DNA of 63,927 nucleotides, the filler included, from Basidiobolus meristosporus CBS 931.73 (taxonomy: Eukaryota > Fungi > Basidiobolomycota): assembly GCA_002104905.1 (NCBI GenBank). It is 4 parts of 4 records of this genome, joined end to end, with 100 filler letters (N's around TTAATTAATTAA, not from the genome) between each part and the next. Parts side by side here need not be neighbours in the genome. Positions count along the whole stretch, not along the records: positions 23,329 to 35,983 come from MCFE01001233.1; 3 more parts are not named here. One strand, written 5' to 3'. The notes beneath the pieces were generated by a model. It did no database searches and was not told the origin of the DNA. It saw nothing but the letters and a program-made list of their open reading frames with translations. The translations under genes and the position numbers were made by a program. How positions within the stretch are numbered: position 1 is the first letter of the stretch; every line of letters begins with the position of its first letter. This document shows, piece after piece, positions 24,137-36,083 of the stretch.

Positions 24137-25712
24137 TTTGTAATTTGTTACAATAGAATTATACCAGACCAGTAGTGAGCCACGGTACTGCCATAATAAT
24201 GCTAACAGAGATCCACATAGAGTCTATCACAACACAGTCAAGTTTCTCCCCATATAAGGCAACTTCCCATATTGGCCAGCTAGGTCCAGCATATATATGT
24301 ATAGACTGCATTAGAACCTAATTGACACCATGAGGGCCGCAAAAAAGACCTTAGGACCTTCCAAGCATATCCTACAGGATTGTTTTGCCAAGACTATGTA
24401 AAAGTATTAAAACTACTTTTGTATTTGATAAATTGTCAAGTGAACACTGCATAATCTACTTGTTCTCACAATCACCTCCAGTATCTCCAAGACTCTTGAA
24501 ACACATCTGAGGTTTTAATAAAAATAGACCAATCAGTATACATTTGAAGTACAAGCACCAGTTGAGTCAGTAGATAGGTAGTGTGCCAAATAGGCAATAG
24601 TCAACTAATGTACACAAGCAGAGAAGTGTGCTGAGTCACTGCTATCAGGAGGGAAAAGCAAAGGCAGGAAATCAATTAAAAGTGACTTGGCCAAGTTTTC
24701 ACTTGGACAACTTGCAAATTGAATTTGCAACACAAAGTGCCCATTTTCCCCCATGGTTTTTGAGTGGAGTCATATTGGCATTGGTTTATTGTAGCACCCT
24801 TTTGAGCCAATCAATGCAATCACCTCTCATAAGGAGCTTCAGTACCTCCCCCAGTCATAAAAACTTTACATAACAATAGTCATTTGGTAGGAACATCAGG
24901 ATTGTATTTGCAAGGCATTGGAAAATGCACTGTGGATGTCCATGAAAAAGAAACTTGGGAAGTAAGCAGTTTTTAATCCTAGCTAAAGAGATTTTGATCC
25001 CATCAAGGGTTCAGGATCAGGGAGCAAACAAAAGTAGGGTGAACCACTTGATGGAGGCTTGTTGGGTATGAGAGTGCAAAATTGCACCAAGGTTTGTGTG
25101 AATATTTGGGATACAATTGGGTGTGACAACATCACCAGATCATGGAATCAGGACTTGTGAGCGCCTTTGACTGCATTATTTCAATCCTATCCTGTAGGGT
25201 ATATCCAAAGACCCATGGTATCATTTCATGCAAATGTGACTTGCAATGAACCAAGCTTGCTGCCTTCCATTGACTGTGTTTGGAAAGTAGCAACACAGTC
25301 ATCCATACCATATATGGTCCGGGAGGAAGCTTGTCAAGGTAAGTGTATGTGGATTTTCAGTTGAAGCATCAAGACTCGGTAATGGCACAAAATACAGTTC
25401 TGGGCAGTCTTCCAAGGGATTCTTAACTTTATGCGGAGTCACCAATGAAATCTGGCGGAAGCTTGGGGAATTGCTAAGGGAACCAAAACATCCCTTTTCC
25501 TTGTATGATAAACACCTAGAGAGCCCTGATTGGGATGGTGTGCGACAAATAGAAAATTTCCCTACGAAACTAACCGTAACCCGTATCATTAGGAGGATCC
25601 CAGTCGAAAGCGACCGATGCTTTCGATGACTTCGACAAGGAGCACCTACCTCTGCACCAGGAATCCCACTAGAGTGGTCCGATGCATCCCCATCAAGCGG
25701 GAATGTATACAT

Positions 25713-25714
<2 letters not shown>

Positions 25715-25743
<29 letters not shown>
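25715..25743. repeat. (AT)n microsatellite
   Basis: 29-nt pure AT run. Confidence 0.95.
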
Positions 25744-25745
<2 letters not shown>

Positions 25746-26957
25746 AAAGGGATACCCGGTTCCGTTCAAAACCACAATCCAGACTTCAACAGCCAGGACC
25801 AGTAATGTGGAACAAGGTATTAACAACCATTCATGGCCTTCGGAAGACGTTCACCCTGGGGCATTCCACCACATACGCCTGATGTAACATCTCTCCCAAC
25901 ACACCGGAAACCGTGGGCGGGAAGAATCGGTATCAGACCCAACCCTTGCCAACCTGCACTCGGAAGCCCGGGCTGAGAAGGCACGTTTAGGTCGAAGGAA
26001 ACCATCTGGTAGTCAAGCTCTCTTGGAGCCAGCCGCATCCCGGTTACCAGTAGCCCTGGATAGGTAGGTAGGTTCGACGGAGTAACAAACACCAAGCAAC
26101 TTAATTTTCCTGTACTAATGAATGAGTCTGGTCGGTACCCGGTGACCGACACAGAGTTGGTGTATGACAAGTGGTGTACGTGCTGCCCTCCCCTTGAATC
26201 CCAACGACCTCTGATGTCCCCCATTTCAAACCCAGCGTTGTCACCACCTTTGTCTGAGGAGGCACTCCACCAATTTGCGTTGTCCTCGAGCGATATGTTA
26301 CACGACAGACTCGAAGGTGGCTTCGTGACTCACCTTGCACAAGGTGTCAAGCGAATTACTTGCAGTGTGATTGATTGATTGCAGGATTGCTTGGTCAGCC
26401 GTGTGGTATGCTATACCCTTCTGATGCGTGCTTCCTAAAAACCCTATCGACCGAAGATTTACTAAATCAACACCGGTTGCCCGGACGTATGCAGCCGTGG
26501 GTCACGTGACACGACCGGGTAGGATATCCCCGAGATTGGATCGAATGCTGGCAGCTACGGCACACCAACCTGGCAGGAGCGTAAAAAAAAAAAAATGGAA
26601 TCACGAACGAATAGGCAAACCACCAGGCTACCAGCCAAGATCACGGATGGAAATTCGATGCCAAGAGGTTCGGGATTTCCGAGAATGGCACCACCATCTG
26701 GACGGTGACTCTTCGGCTTGGGATCTTGCTGGGCTACCCAAATGGTGAAACCACAGCCTAGAGGAGCCAATTCATGTCCGGCGAGGTTGAGTCGCCCAGG
26801 TTGGGTTACCATCTCATCACCCATCGACAGCTTCGTGTTCGTCGGTAGCTAGTCTCCAGCGAATACGGTTGAAACCCGAAAAAGGCAATCAGGATTCCGC
26901 TTGATCCACCACCCTGTGTACGCTCGAGCTGACCCATTAGCACTTTCGCGTCCATCG

Positions 26958-26999
26958 CCGCATCCGCATCCGCATCCACATCCACATCCGCCCCCACCC
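26958..26999. repeat. Imperfect hexamer repeat (CCGCAT/CCACAT)n
   Basis: About 7 tandem units. Confidence 0.85.
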
Positions 27000-27423
27000 C
27001 TACTTCCACCACTTCCTCAATCCAATATCACCCTCATTGATAAGGCACCTTCTAAACCCGTTAGAGTGGAAAGATCCACCGACCAGATGGAAGGTTATGT
27101 GAGTTCCGGGCCAAAAGTGGTCATATGGGCGAATTTGGCCAAATGAGGGAGCCATTAATTGGCTACTAAATATGGGGGGGGATATTCTATTCGCAATAGA
27201 ATAATAAGGTTGAATCAGGGAGAGCTATTTAAAGCCGGCCCGATTAGGCAGTTCTCAGTCGGTTGCATCATGATGAATCGCTTACGCTATGGATTCGCCC
27301 GGGTTGGGTTCAAGACTTCTGCCAACCACGCCTCTAATGGCACACGACCGCACATTCACTTAAATCAACGAAATCGTCCATCTTTTCCGGTTTCCAAATC
27401 ATCTAATCATCGAACAACCTTCG

Positions 27424-27530
27424 CCTTCCCCTTCCCCTTCCCCTTCCCCGTACCGTTACCCATACCCATACCCTGATCCTTACCCTTACCCTTACCTTTC
27501 CCCTTCCCCTTCCCTTTCGCCCATTCCCAT
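27424..27530. repeat. Pyrimidine-rich hexamer repeat array (CCCTTC/CCCATA/CCCTTA) directly upstream of the Sel1 gene ATG
   Basis: About 17 degenerate hexamer units. Confidence 0.85.
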
Positions 27531-27535
27531 CCTCT

Positions 27536-28465
27536 ATGGAAAAGATAAAGCAAGCGTTCAGAAGGAAATCCTCCCGAGTCTTCGCGAAACTAGATAGTGA
27601 TGGGTTGAACGTGCCCCCGATCCTACACCGAAACCCTTCGGCCGAACTCTGTGCCGCTAGAGAGAAGATCACTTGCGACTCGTTCAACTCACTACCGGAG
27701 CTAGTCCCGAACAGCAGTCGGGAGTCAAGGTCGGAATTCCCCGGCCGGCCCTGCCTGGAACCCCCTTCCCTCTACGTCAGCAAGCCCGAGGATTTCTCGG
27801 ACTGGGTGCCATACGAGAGAGAGAAGACGAAACAGGGACAGGGACAGGGGCAAGGGCAGGTCGACCTGGCCGACCAATACGTCCAACTCGCCATTCAGAG
27901 CCACGAGAAGAACGAGCTGGAAAAGGCCGCGCATTTCTTCCGGCTCGCCGCCTGCCAGGGCTCCCCCATCGGGTTGTTCCTGTACGGAATCTCCTTGCGT
28001 CACGGATGGGTAAGTGGGGTTTATTGAAGTTGGAGAGGTTGCTCACCACCGTTTGCTCACTCGTTGTCCGAACTCGTACAGGGCTGCAAAGCGAATCCCA
28101 CCGCGGCGTTCCAGTGTCTGCAGAAGGCGGCGGAGTGCGCCGTGTTCGATTTGAATCACATCACCCAGGCCTCCAACCTGTGCGTGGCCAGAGAGGAGCT
28201 CGTGCTGGCCATCCACGAGCTAGGGGTTAGCTTCCAGAACGGCTGGGGGGTGGTGAGGAACAAGACCACCGCCGCGTACTACTTCGAGATCGCCGCCAAC
28301 CTGGGGGACCCGGACGCGCAAAACGACCTGGCGTTCTGCTACCTGCACGGGCACGGGGTAAAGAAAGATCGCTACAAAGCGGCCAAGTATTACCGCATGG
28401 CCCACGCGCAGGGTATGGGCGTGGTGGGAAATAGCTGGATATTCAAGGAGAAATACGACCCTTGA
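27536..28465 (+). CDS. Sel1-repeat protein, Nif1/Dsf2-like (2 exons, ~285 aa)
   Basis: Exons 27536-28009 and 28082-28465, intron GTAAGT...CAG; YGISLRHGWGC, AIHELGVSFQNGWGV, GDPDAQNDLAFCYLHGHGVKKD and GNSWIFKEKYD match this family. Confidence 0.88.
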
Positions 28466-29106
28466 CCTATTCGACATTCGCTAATACTCGTACATATCTG
28501 TCCTATATTCATTGTATTCCACTTCTTTTGTTTCATATTCGACCCAGCATTTGTATGTCATTTAATTAAACCCTTCATGCTCTCGGTAGCTAATCTCATC
28601 CCAAGTTGCAAGTGGTTGGTGGTTGGTGGCTGGTGGCTGGTGGCTGGTGGGGATAGATGCAAAGAAGGGGTTGGGTGCGGGTGTGGGTGTGGGTGTTGAT
28701 GTGGATGTATGGGCTTCATCGTGATTCATCTACGCATAAATATGCGGAGTTGCGCGTTGCCATGGACAACGGCCAGGCAGCTCGAAGGGGAATTGATGAT
28801 CACCTCATCAGAATTACCATGGATATAGGATCGAGATTGGATGGAGTGGGATGAGCTAATTAAGGGAGAAATGAAATTGGCCATTCAGGTGAATTCCCTC
28901 CCACTTCTCACCACCCTCACCCACACCCACACTTCATTTGCGGTAACGATTTTCCCATATCCTGACGAACCACCAGAGCCAAGTGGACCCTCCATTTACC
29001 ACTCCCCAACCTTGCTGCATCCATTTGAAGAGAAATAGCGGCTTGCAGGGCGAACCACCCATTCGTCGCCTCCCTGAAGAGTAAATAGAAAGCGAAGCTA
29101 ACTAAT

Positions 29107-32100
29107 ATGGAAGTCCCGGAAATTATCCAGGTTTTGCTGGCTGATGGAAGAGTCAAGGCGGCACTACTCACTGCAAACACCACAGCACAAGAGCTGATGA
29201 CCAGTATACTAGAAGAGGCGGCCGCAGATCCATCAGAACCATTGGTCAACGAGAATTATGACCCAAAAGATTGGCTGCTCATTGCGTTACCCATAGTAAC
29301 TTATGCAAACAGTAAGTGTCCACAAGTGAGATGGAGTGTCAAGTCACTGACCAAAAGTCGAACCTGAATTGTTAGAATGCTGGACTGAGGAGGAGCTTCA
29401 AAAAACCGAGGAAGGTAGGCGGCCGTTTCTTTCTTTCTTCTTCTGGCAGGTCTGTTAAGCGGGCTGGCAATTTTAGAGCGTATCGTCCGGTCGAACGCCA
29501 GAATCCTGGACGAGATCCAGCTCCTTAGTGAGTGCGGCAAAGATAAGGAGCCTTCCACCAGCCCTTTGGTACACGACACACATGCCTTCTCTGAACATCT
29601 GCATGTGCCCAAGTTCAAGTTGGTCAACGCTAATCACACGATACGAACCGCATTTCGGGATGTCCCGGAGATACCGGACAACTACACTAGAGATATTTAC
29701 GTAACCCCAACAATGTCGGCAAAATCGGTGGTCCAATGCTTGGTCGATGAGTTCAGTTTAAACAAGGCCAAAGATAAGGAGTCGGGCAGTCAGGGAGACT
29801 ACGTGCTCTACGAGGTGGTGGTATCGGAGAGTGGAGCAGAAAGTAAGCTTACAGTGATGGGATTCTTGGCGGGACCTATGGATTGACATTGATTTCAGAT
29901 ATCAGGCAGCTGGGGGACAACGAGCTTCCCCTGATACTCAAAGAGAAGACCTCCTCGTCGTTCGAATCGAACGCCATCAACGATTACTACTTTTACATAG
30001 GAGTCCCGGAGTCGTGGTTCTCTAGGGCAACCAGATTCACCAAGGCATATCTGAAGAGTCCGTCCCAAAGGCCCCTTTCTGTATACACATTGTTTGGCGG
30101 GTACTCCAGCGGGCCCACGTCGCCAACCTCCTCCCCTACAACCAAACATATGTCAGTAGGATCGCAAATCCCCCCGGACTTCGACCCCACGAAAGTAAAA
30201 ACCTGGATCAATGGTGATCTGGTGAAGGATCGCCGTTCGGGCGTGCACGACAAATCCCGCAACTCACTATACCTGGGCGACACCAAACGCATGAGCGTGG
30301 TCAGTAGGAAAAGTCCACTCTCCCAGATGGAGCCCGGCCTGGAGGATGGAGACTACTTGGACGACATGACTGAGGAAGAGCTCAATGAGGCGTTCCTGAC
30401 ATTGATGGTAAATCCAGGATGATTTGATGCTTGTGCGTGATGGCTTACTAACCTGTGGTTGGTCGTCCGTAGGACGAGCTTGAGATGAAAGAGGAGCGTA
30501 GAGAAGCCGCTATGAAGATGCCCGCTGAGTCCAAAAAGATCCTGATTCGGCAGAACGAAATTAAACGGATGTCCACCGAATCGCTGATACAGTCCCCGGC
30601 GGTGAGCAGACGAAACAGCTTGCAGCAGCCGGCTGTGACCAGATCCGAGAGCTCCAGTACTCTGACCGAATCTCGTGTCGACAGTCCCTCAGCCGAGTCT
30701 TCATCGTTCCTCTTTGAGAAGCCGGAGAAAGCCTCATCTTATGGGTTTTTCTCCTCTTGGTGGGGGCCAACCGCCACCAAGTCTGAAGCCACTCCAGAGC
30801 ATTACATCGACCAGATCACCCAAAAGTAAGTCTGCCCGATGGCGACAAATCCGAGCCCCGGCTAACCCTTCCCTGCAGGAACCCCAATCTCCGTATTCTG
30901 GTCAAGGATCTTCTGGCTCTGAGAGTTACGCTGTCTACCGCGCCCCTGACGTGGATCCGGGGTTTTCTAGAGGACAAGCGAGCGATCGCTGCATTGGAGA
31001 CGCTTCTGGAGCGCAGCACCATCAACAGAAAAGGGTAACGAACACTTGGGGGTTTAGAAGTGGCGAGCCTCAACTGAAAGCCACCATTTATTTGTAGAAA
31101 CGGCTCGACCAGAGGCTCGGACGTTGACGAGGATATTCAAATGGAATGCATCCGGTGCTTAAGAGTGCTGCTAAACACAGAGGTAATGAGACCAACCACT
31201 GGTCCTGTGGGAGGCTGTGGAAACTGACTGGTTGACCTATTGCAGGCCGGATATTCCCAAGTCCTAAAATCGGAGAAGCTGACCGTATACATCACCTACT
31301 GCCTGTACACGACGAGGAACAAGCTGAGGAATCTGGTGGCCGAGGTGCTGGCTGCAATCTGCATTCTCTCCAGCAACGGACATAAGGTAGTGCTCCATGC
31401 GTTGTCCGAGTTTCGCATCGCTTTCGAGGAGAAGTTTAGGTTCGAGTATCTTGTGGAGTCATTGCGGGAAGAGGTTGAAGAGGATAACTCGGGGGCTTAT
31501 GAGTACAAAACCACGTGCATGTCTTTCATCAATGCAATAGTGAATTCCCCGGAGGACGTGGAGGAGAGAGTGATGCTGCGCGACGAGTTTGCCAGAAGAG
31601 ATTTCATTAACGTTCTGAGCTCGCTCCGTAGCTCTTTGCCCCCCGACGGACTTCTGCACCAGATCGATGTGTACGAGGAGGAAATGCTGGAGGACGTCAA
31701 AGAGCTTCAGGACCTGCTCGTCTTGAAGAACTATGACCCCAGCGATCCGATGTACTCCGTAGTGGATCTACTGAAGAGGCTGGATCCGGACATGCCGATC
31801 TACGATACTGTGTTGAGCACGTTGCAGAACATTTTGGCCATGGCCAACTCCGAGGCAACCGACGAGTGGAAGTCTGATGTGTGGTCGCTATTGGGTAGAT
31901 TCGCCAATCACCTGTTTTATATGGGCGATGTCCACGAGGACTGGCCTCACATCTTGAAGGAATTTCTCGCATCGATCCAGGACATTGTCGCCAGAGACGG
32001 GAGTCCAGCCGACTCGTCAGACAGTAGTAGCCTGCACGGTTCACAGAACGCCTCGGTTTTGGTTGAGGAGTTGACTGCGCAAGTGAAGAAACTTGACGAG

Positions 32101-34732
32101 GATAACAAGAATCTCAAGGAGGATCTCTGCTTCTTTAGAGACCTTTATGCCACCAGAAATAAGAGAGTGAAGAGTGGATCGAGTGAGCATTTTCCCGGGA
32201 TTGTGAACCGGCTGCTCCATGAAAAGAAGCAGGTGGCCCGATTGACCGAGCAGATCGAAAAGATGACCAAGACCCCTGGGGAGGCCATCGATTTATCGCT
32301 CCTGGAGGATCGAAAGGGAAGACCAAAGGAGAAAGACAACAAGTGGTCGGCGATTATGGAGGAGCTAGAGAAGCAGAGGGAAAACACTGCCGAACTAACC
32401 AATCTCGCTGAGAGTAGGGCGAAAGAAATCGCCTATTTGAAAAGAGCGCTCGAGGCAGTCTGTGCTCGGTTCCACTTCAGCACGGGGAATGTGAAGCGGT
32501 TGATGGAGGAGGAGACAGCCGCAGTCGTTGCAAGTCCTTCGAATCTGCTGATGCTCGAGGCGGCCAATGGTAGTACCACCTCTCTGAGCACCATGTTCGA
32601 GGGATTGGCTGAGAAGGAACAGGAGATCAGTAGCTTGAAGAAAACCATTGACTCTATGAAGAAGGAGATTGATATGGGAACCGCCTATCACAACGAGATT
32701 ACTGCTCTAAGAGAACAGCTGGACGAGGCTAACAAAACCATTAAAGACTTGCAAGTGCCTGTCTCAGCCTCCCCTCCTGCCCCTCCCCCTCCTCCACCCG
32801 CCCCACCTGTTAGCGCAACGCACATAAACCAGTCTACCGCTCCTCCGCCTCCGCCTCCACCCCCTCCTCCACCGGCTCCTGTGCTTCCAAGCATAGCTCA
32901 GAAGGTGGCGCAGCTTCAAGCCGCGAAGCAAGTTGCATCGCACCAAGGTAATGGCATTCCTCACCCACCCCCACCCCCGCCTTCAATGCCAGCTGGTGCA
33001 GTGCCTCCGCCGCCACCACCACCACCATCAACATCTATGGGCGGAGCACCGCCCCCACCCCCTCCACCACCACCACCAGGACCCTCCATGATCAACTCAA
33101 AGCCCGGACCACCCCCGCCACCACCACCACCACCAGGACCCTCCATGATCAATTCAAAGCCCGGACCACCCCCGCCACCACCACCACCCACCATTGTTGG
33201 GTCGAGTATGACTGGATCGCCTACTACACCTACTTCGAAGCCATTGCCCACCATGCCCATGCGCCAAATATTCTGGAAAAAACTGGCACCCTATCAAACC
33301 AAGAACACGATCTGGCACAAGGTGACCTTCGAGGAGATCTCGCTGGATACGGCGGAGCTGGAGGAGCTCTTCTCCAAGCCGGCAAGTAACCCCAAAGCGA
33401 ACCCCTCCCAACCAATGAAATCCCCCCAACAAAGAAAGAAACCACTGGCCACCACGCTGCTAGACATCACCCGGGCCAACAACATTGCCATCATGCTCTC
33501 CAGAATCAAGGCCACCTACGGCGAGATCTGCAACGCGATCTTGGCCATGGATGAGAGCCTGTTGTCCATCGAGAATCTCAAATCCATCAAGCAGCACATC
33601 CCGCAAAAGGAGGAGCTGGAGACGGTGCGCGCCTACGACGGGGATCCCAGCACGCTGGGGAATGCGGAGAAATACTTCCTCGAGGTGATGCGCATCCCCA
33701 GGATGTCGGAGCGACTCTCATGCATGATCTTCAAGCGACGGTTCGAGCTGGATGTGGAGGAGTTGAAGCCGGAGCTGAAGATCCTCTTCGAGGCGGTCGC
33801 CGAGCTGAAGAAGTCCGATCGATTCTTGGTGGTTTTACACACGGTGCTGAGCATCGGGAATTTCATGAACGGGAACTCGTTTCGTGGTAACGCCAGCGGG
33901 TACATGCTGGACGCATTGCTGATGCTGAAGGATGTGCGAGCCAAAGACGGAAACAAGAAAGGAATCCCCTCATTGTTGCACTACCTGTGCTACCAATTAC
34001 AGGAAAACAACCCCAAACTCTTGGCATTCATGGAACAGCTGTCACATGTAGAGGCAGCAGCCCGGGTTTCAGTGCCTTCTGTGGTCAGCGCTATCGAGGT
34101 TCTAGAGACAGGTCTCCAACAGGTTCAAAAAGAAGTCGAGGAGCTGACTAACCGCAAAACCGCCGATAACAGCGACAGGTTTGTCCCCGTCATGACGGTA
34201 AGCACACGCTCCCACAGGAAGGTAGCCTTGTATCTTGTCTAACCACCACGATCAGGAATTCATTCGCTCCGCCGAGAGCACGGTCAAGACCATCTCAGAC
34301 ATGCGGGTCAAGCTGGAGAAAGAGTTGAATCACATGTTAACCTACTTTGGGGAAGACCCGGCCACCACCAAACCGGAGGATTTCTTCGCCACCATCGTGT
34401 CTTTCTCATCGGCCCTGCAAAAGGCCCATAAGGAGAATGAGGAGAGGAAGCAGAAGTCCCTGCGACGTCGCCAGAACCTGATCAAGAAGGTAGGGCCCGG
34501 AAGACTGCTGTGTGCATTGTGCATGATCCACTTACTAACCTCCACTCCACAGCCTACGGCGAAAAAGCCGCTTATGGGGCCCAAGATCATGGTCCAGGGA
34601 GAGTTCGACGACGCCATCCGTGAACTTCGGTTTGGGATCCGGCGGAAAAGAAGCGATCGACCCAAGTCCGCCGTTCTCAACGATCTCAGTCTGCTGGATA
34701 GCTTGATTAAGAAGCCGATGCATGCAACTTGA
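29107..34732 (+). CDS. Diaphanous-type formin (RA-like x2, GBD/FH3, coiled coil, FH1, FH2, DAD), 10 exons, ~1692 aa
   Basis: Predicted GT-AG introns 29312-29375, 29415-29476, 29843-29898, 30408-30472, 30826-30878, 31035-31097, 31183-31245, 34198-34255, 34490-34552 give a 5079-nt stop-free frame. GBD LRVTLSTAPLTWIRGF, FH3 RVMLRDEF, poly-Pro FH1, FH2 MRQIFWKKL/NIAIMLSR/GNFMNG, DAD GEFDDAIRELR. First exons are less certain than the rest. Confidence 0.9.
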
Positions 34733-35050
34733 TTCTGAAACCAACACTCGGTTGATTGAACCACTGCATGTCACTTGACGTCACCCTAGCCACCACCGTA
34801 CCCATCACCATCACCCCAGCTCTTAACAGCCACCACCCTCACCCCAGCTCTTAACAAATACCCGTCTGCAGATCCCACCACTCGCACAATGTATATTATA
34901 TTCAAGTAAATGATTACCGCAATTTGGTTGGAAAATGATGGAAACAGTAGCGATCTTCCTCTCCAGGATTGGCAATATAATACGGCATCCATTGACCCCT
35001 TGATATCTGGCCATAAAAAGCCCACGTCAAGCCATCACCTTCACAGCGCA

Positions 35051-35719
35051 ATGTCTCAAGACAACCAATTCCAACCTCCGGGTGGCTCCGCCTCTCGCGG
35101 TCCGTGCCCAGCGCTAAATGTCCTTGCGAATCATGGCTATTTCCCGCGTGACGGTAAGAATCTGGACAGGGAAACCATCATCAACGGCCTGACAACCGTC
35201 TACAATATTGACCTGGGCTTTGCTCAGTTTCTCGCCGACAGGGCGTTAGAGCTCCTGGGTACGAAGAATGACAACGGGAACGTGGTGCTGGAGGACCTGG
35301 AAAAGCTGTCCACCCACAATGTAATTGAGCACGATATCTCACTCTCCCGACTGGACTTGAGTCTAGGGGACAACAACAACCCCAACGCGGAGTTGGTGGA
35401 GCAAGTAAGTCAGGCTTCGAAAGACGGGTTCAGCATGACGTTTGATGACTTCGCCCAACTGCGAAGGCTCCGTTACGACCAGTGTAAGAACAACCCGGGC
35501 TTGACCTGGAACCTCAAGCAAAAAATAACCGCCTACGGCGAGTCTGCTCTCCTACTAAACGTGTTCGGCGACGGGACTACCACAAAGAGGTCGGAGCTGG
35601 ACACGCTCTTCAAGGAAGAGAGGCTGCCGGAAACGTTCGTCAAACCCGAAAAACCAGTGACGTTTAGCCAGGTGCGCTGGACTGCCTTCAAGCTACTGTT
35701 CAAGAATAGATTCAAATAA
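35051..35719 (+). CDS. Heme-thiolate peroxidase / short unspecific peroxygenase (chloroperoxidase family), ~222 aa, intronless
   Basis: RGPCPALNVLANHG (proximal Cys), EHDISLSR, AYGE; start taken at MSQDNQF. Confidence 0.92.
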   Translation: MSQDNQFQPPGGSASRGPCPALNVLANHGYFPRDGKNLDRETIINGLTTVYNIDLGFAQFLADRALELLGTKNDNGNVVLEDLEKLSTHNVIEHDISLSRLDLSLGDNNNPNAELVEQVSQASKDGFSMTFDDFAQLRRLRYDQCKNNPGLTWNLKQKITAYGESALLLNVFGDGTTTKRSELDTLFKEERLPETFVKPEKPVTFSQVRWTAFKLLFKNRFK

Positions 35720-35983
35720 AGACCAGGCTCTTTCCTCACCTCCTCACCTCCCCACCTAACGACACCGATGGTTGAGTCTCTCAGTCCTAAGCCCCCCTGT
35801 GGGTTGGCATGAATGTTGACCCGGTTCGGAAAGGTATCCGGAACGATACCTTGGGATCATCAGAGATCTTTGATTCACACCCATTGTGTACGAAATCAGG
35901 GGCCCTTTGTTAGCGTACCATATGAATTTCCATCCACCCAACTTCCCTCTTTGATCAGACAACCAGTTTGTTTGAAAAGCTGA

Positions 35984-36083
35984 NNNNNNNNNNNNNNNNN
36001 NNNNNNNNNNNNNNNNNNNNNNNNNNNTTAATTAATTAANNNNNNNNNNNNNNNNNNNNNNNNNNNNNNNNNNNNNNNNNNNN
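35984..36083. other. Artificial contig-join spacer
   Basis: 44 N + TTAATTAATTAA + 44 N. Confidence 0.97.

Noticed and set aside
26400-26825. Box C/D snoRNA on the minus strand (GTGATGA)
   Set aside because: No CTGA box D or terminal stem at a plausible distance.
27245-27330. tRNA or Pol III gene (CTCAGTCGG, GGTTCAAGAC, GGCAG/CTGCC ends)
   Set aside because: Only a 5-bp terminal stem, and no D/anticodon/T arms can be built.
27481-27500. Telomeric repeat
   Set aside because: Units are CCCTTA, not CCCTAA; only about three copies inside a mixed hexamer array.
32688-33515. Gly-rich minus-strand ORFs
   Set aside because: Antisense shadows of the formin FH1 poly-Pro region.
34910-35050. Longer N-terminus for the peroxidase (likewise 59976-60050 for the SPRY gene and 62989-63012 for the M28 gene)
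   Set aside because: Downstream ATGs place the family motif or signal peptide at the expected N-terminal position; the extensions look like UTR.
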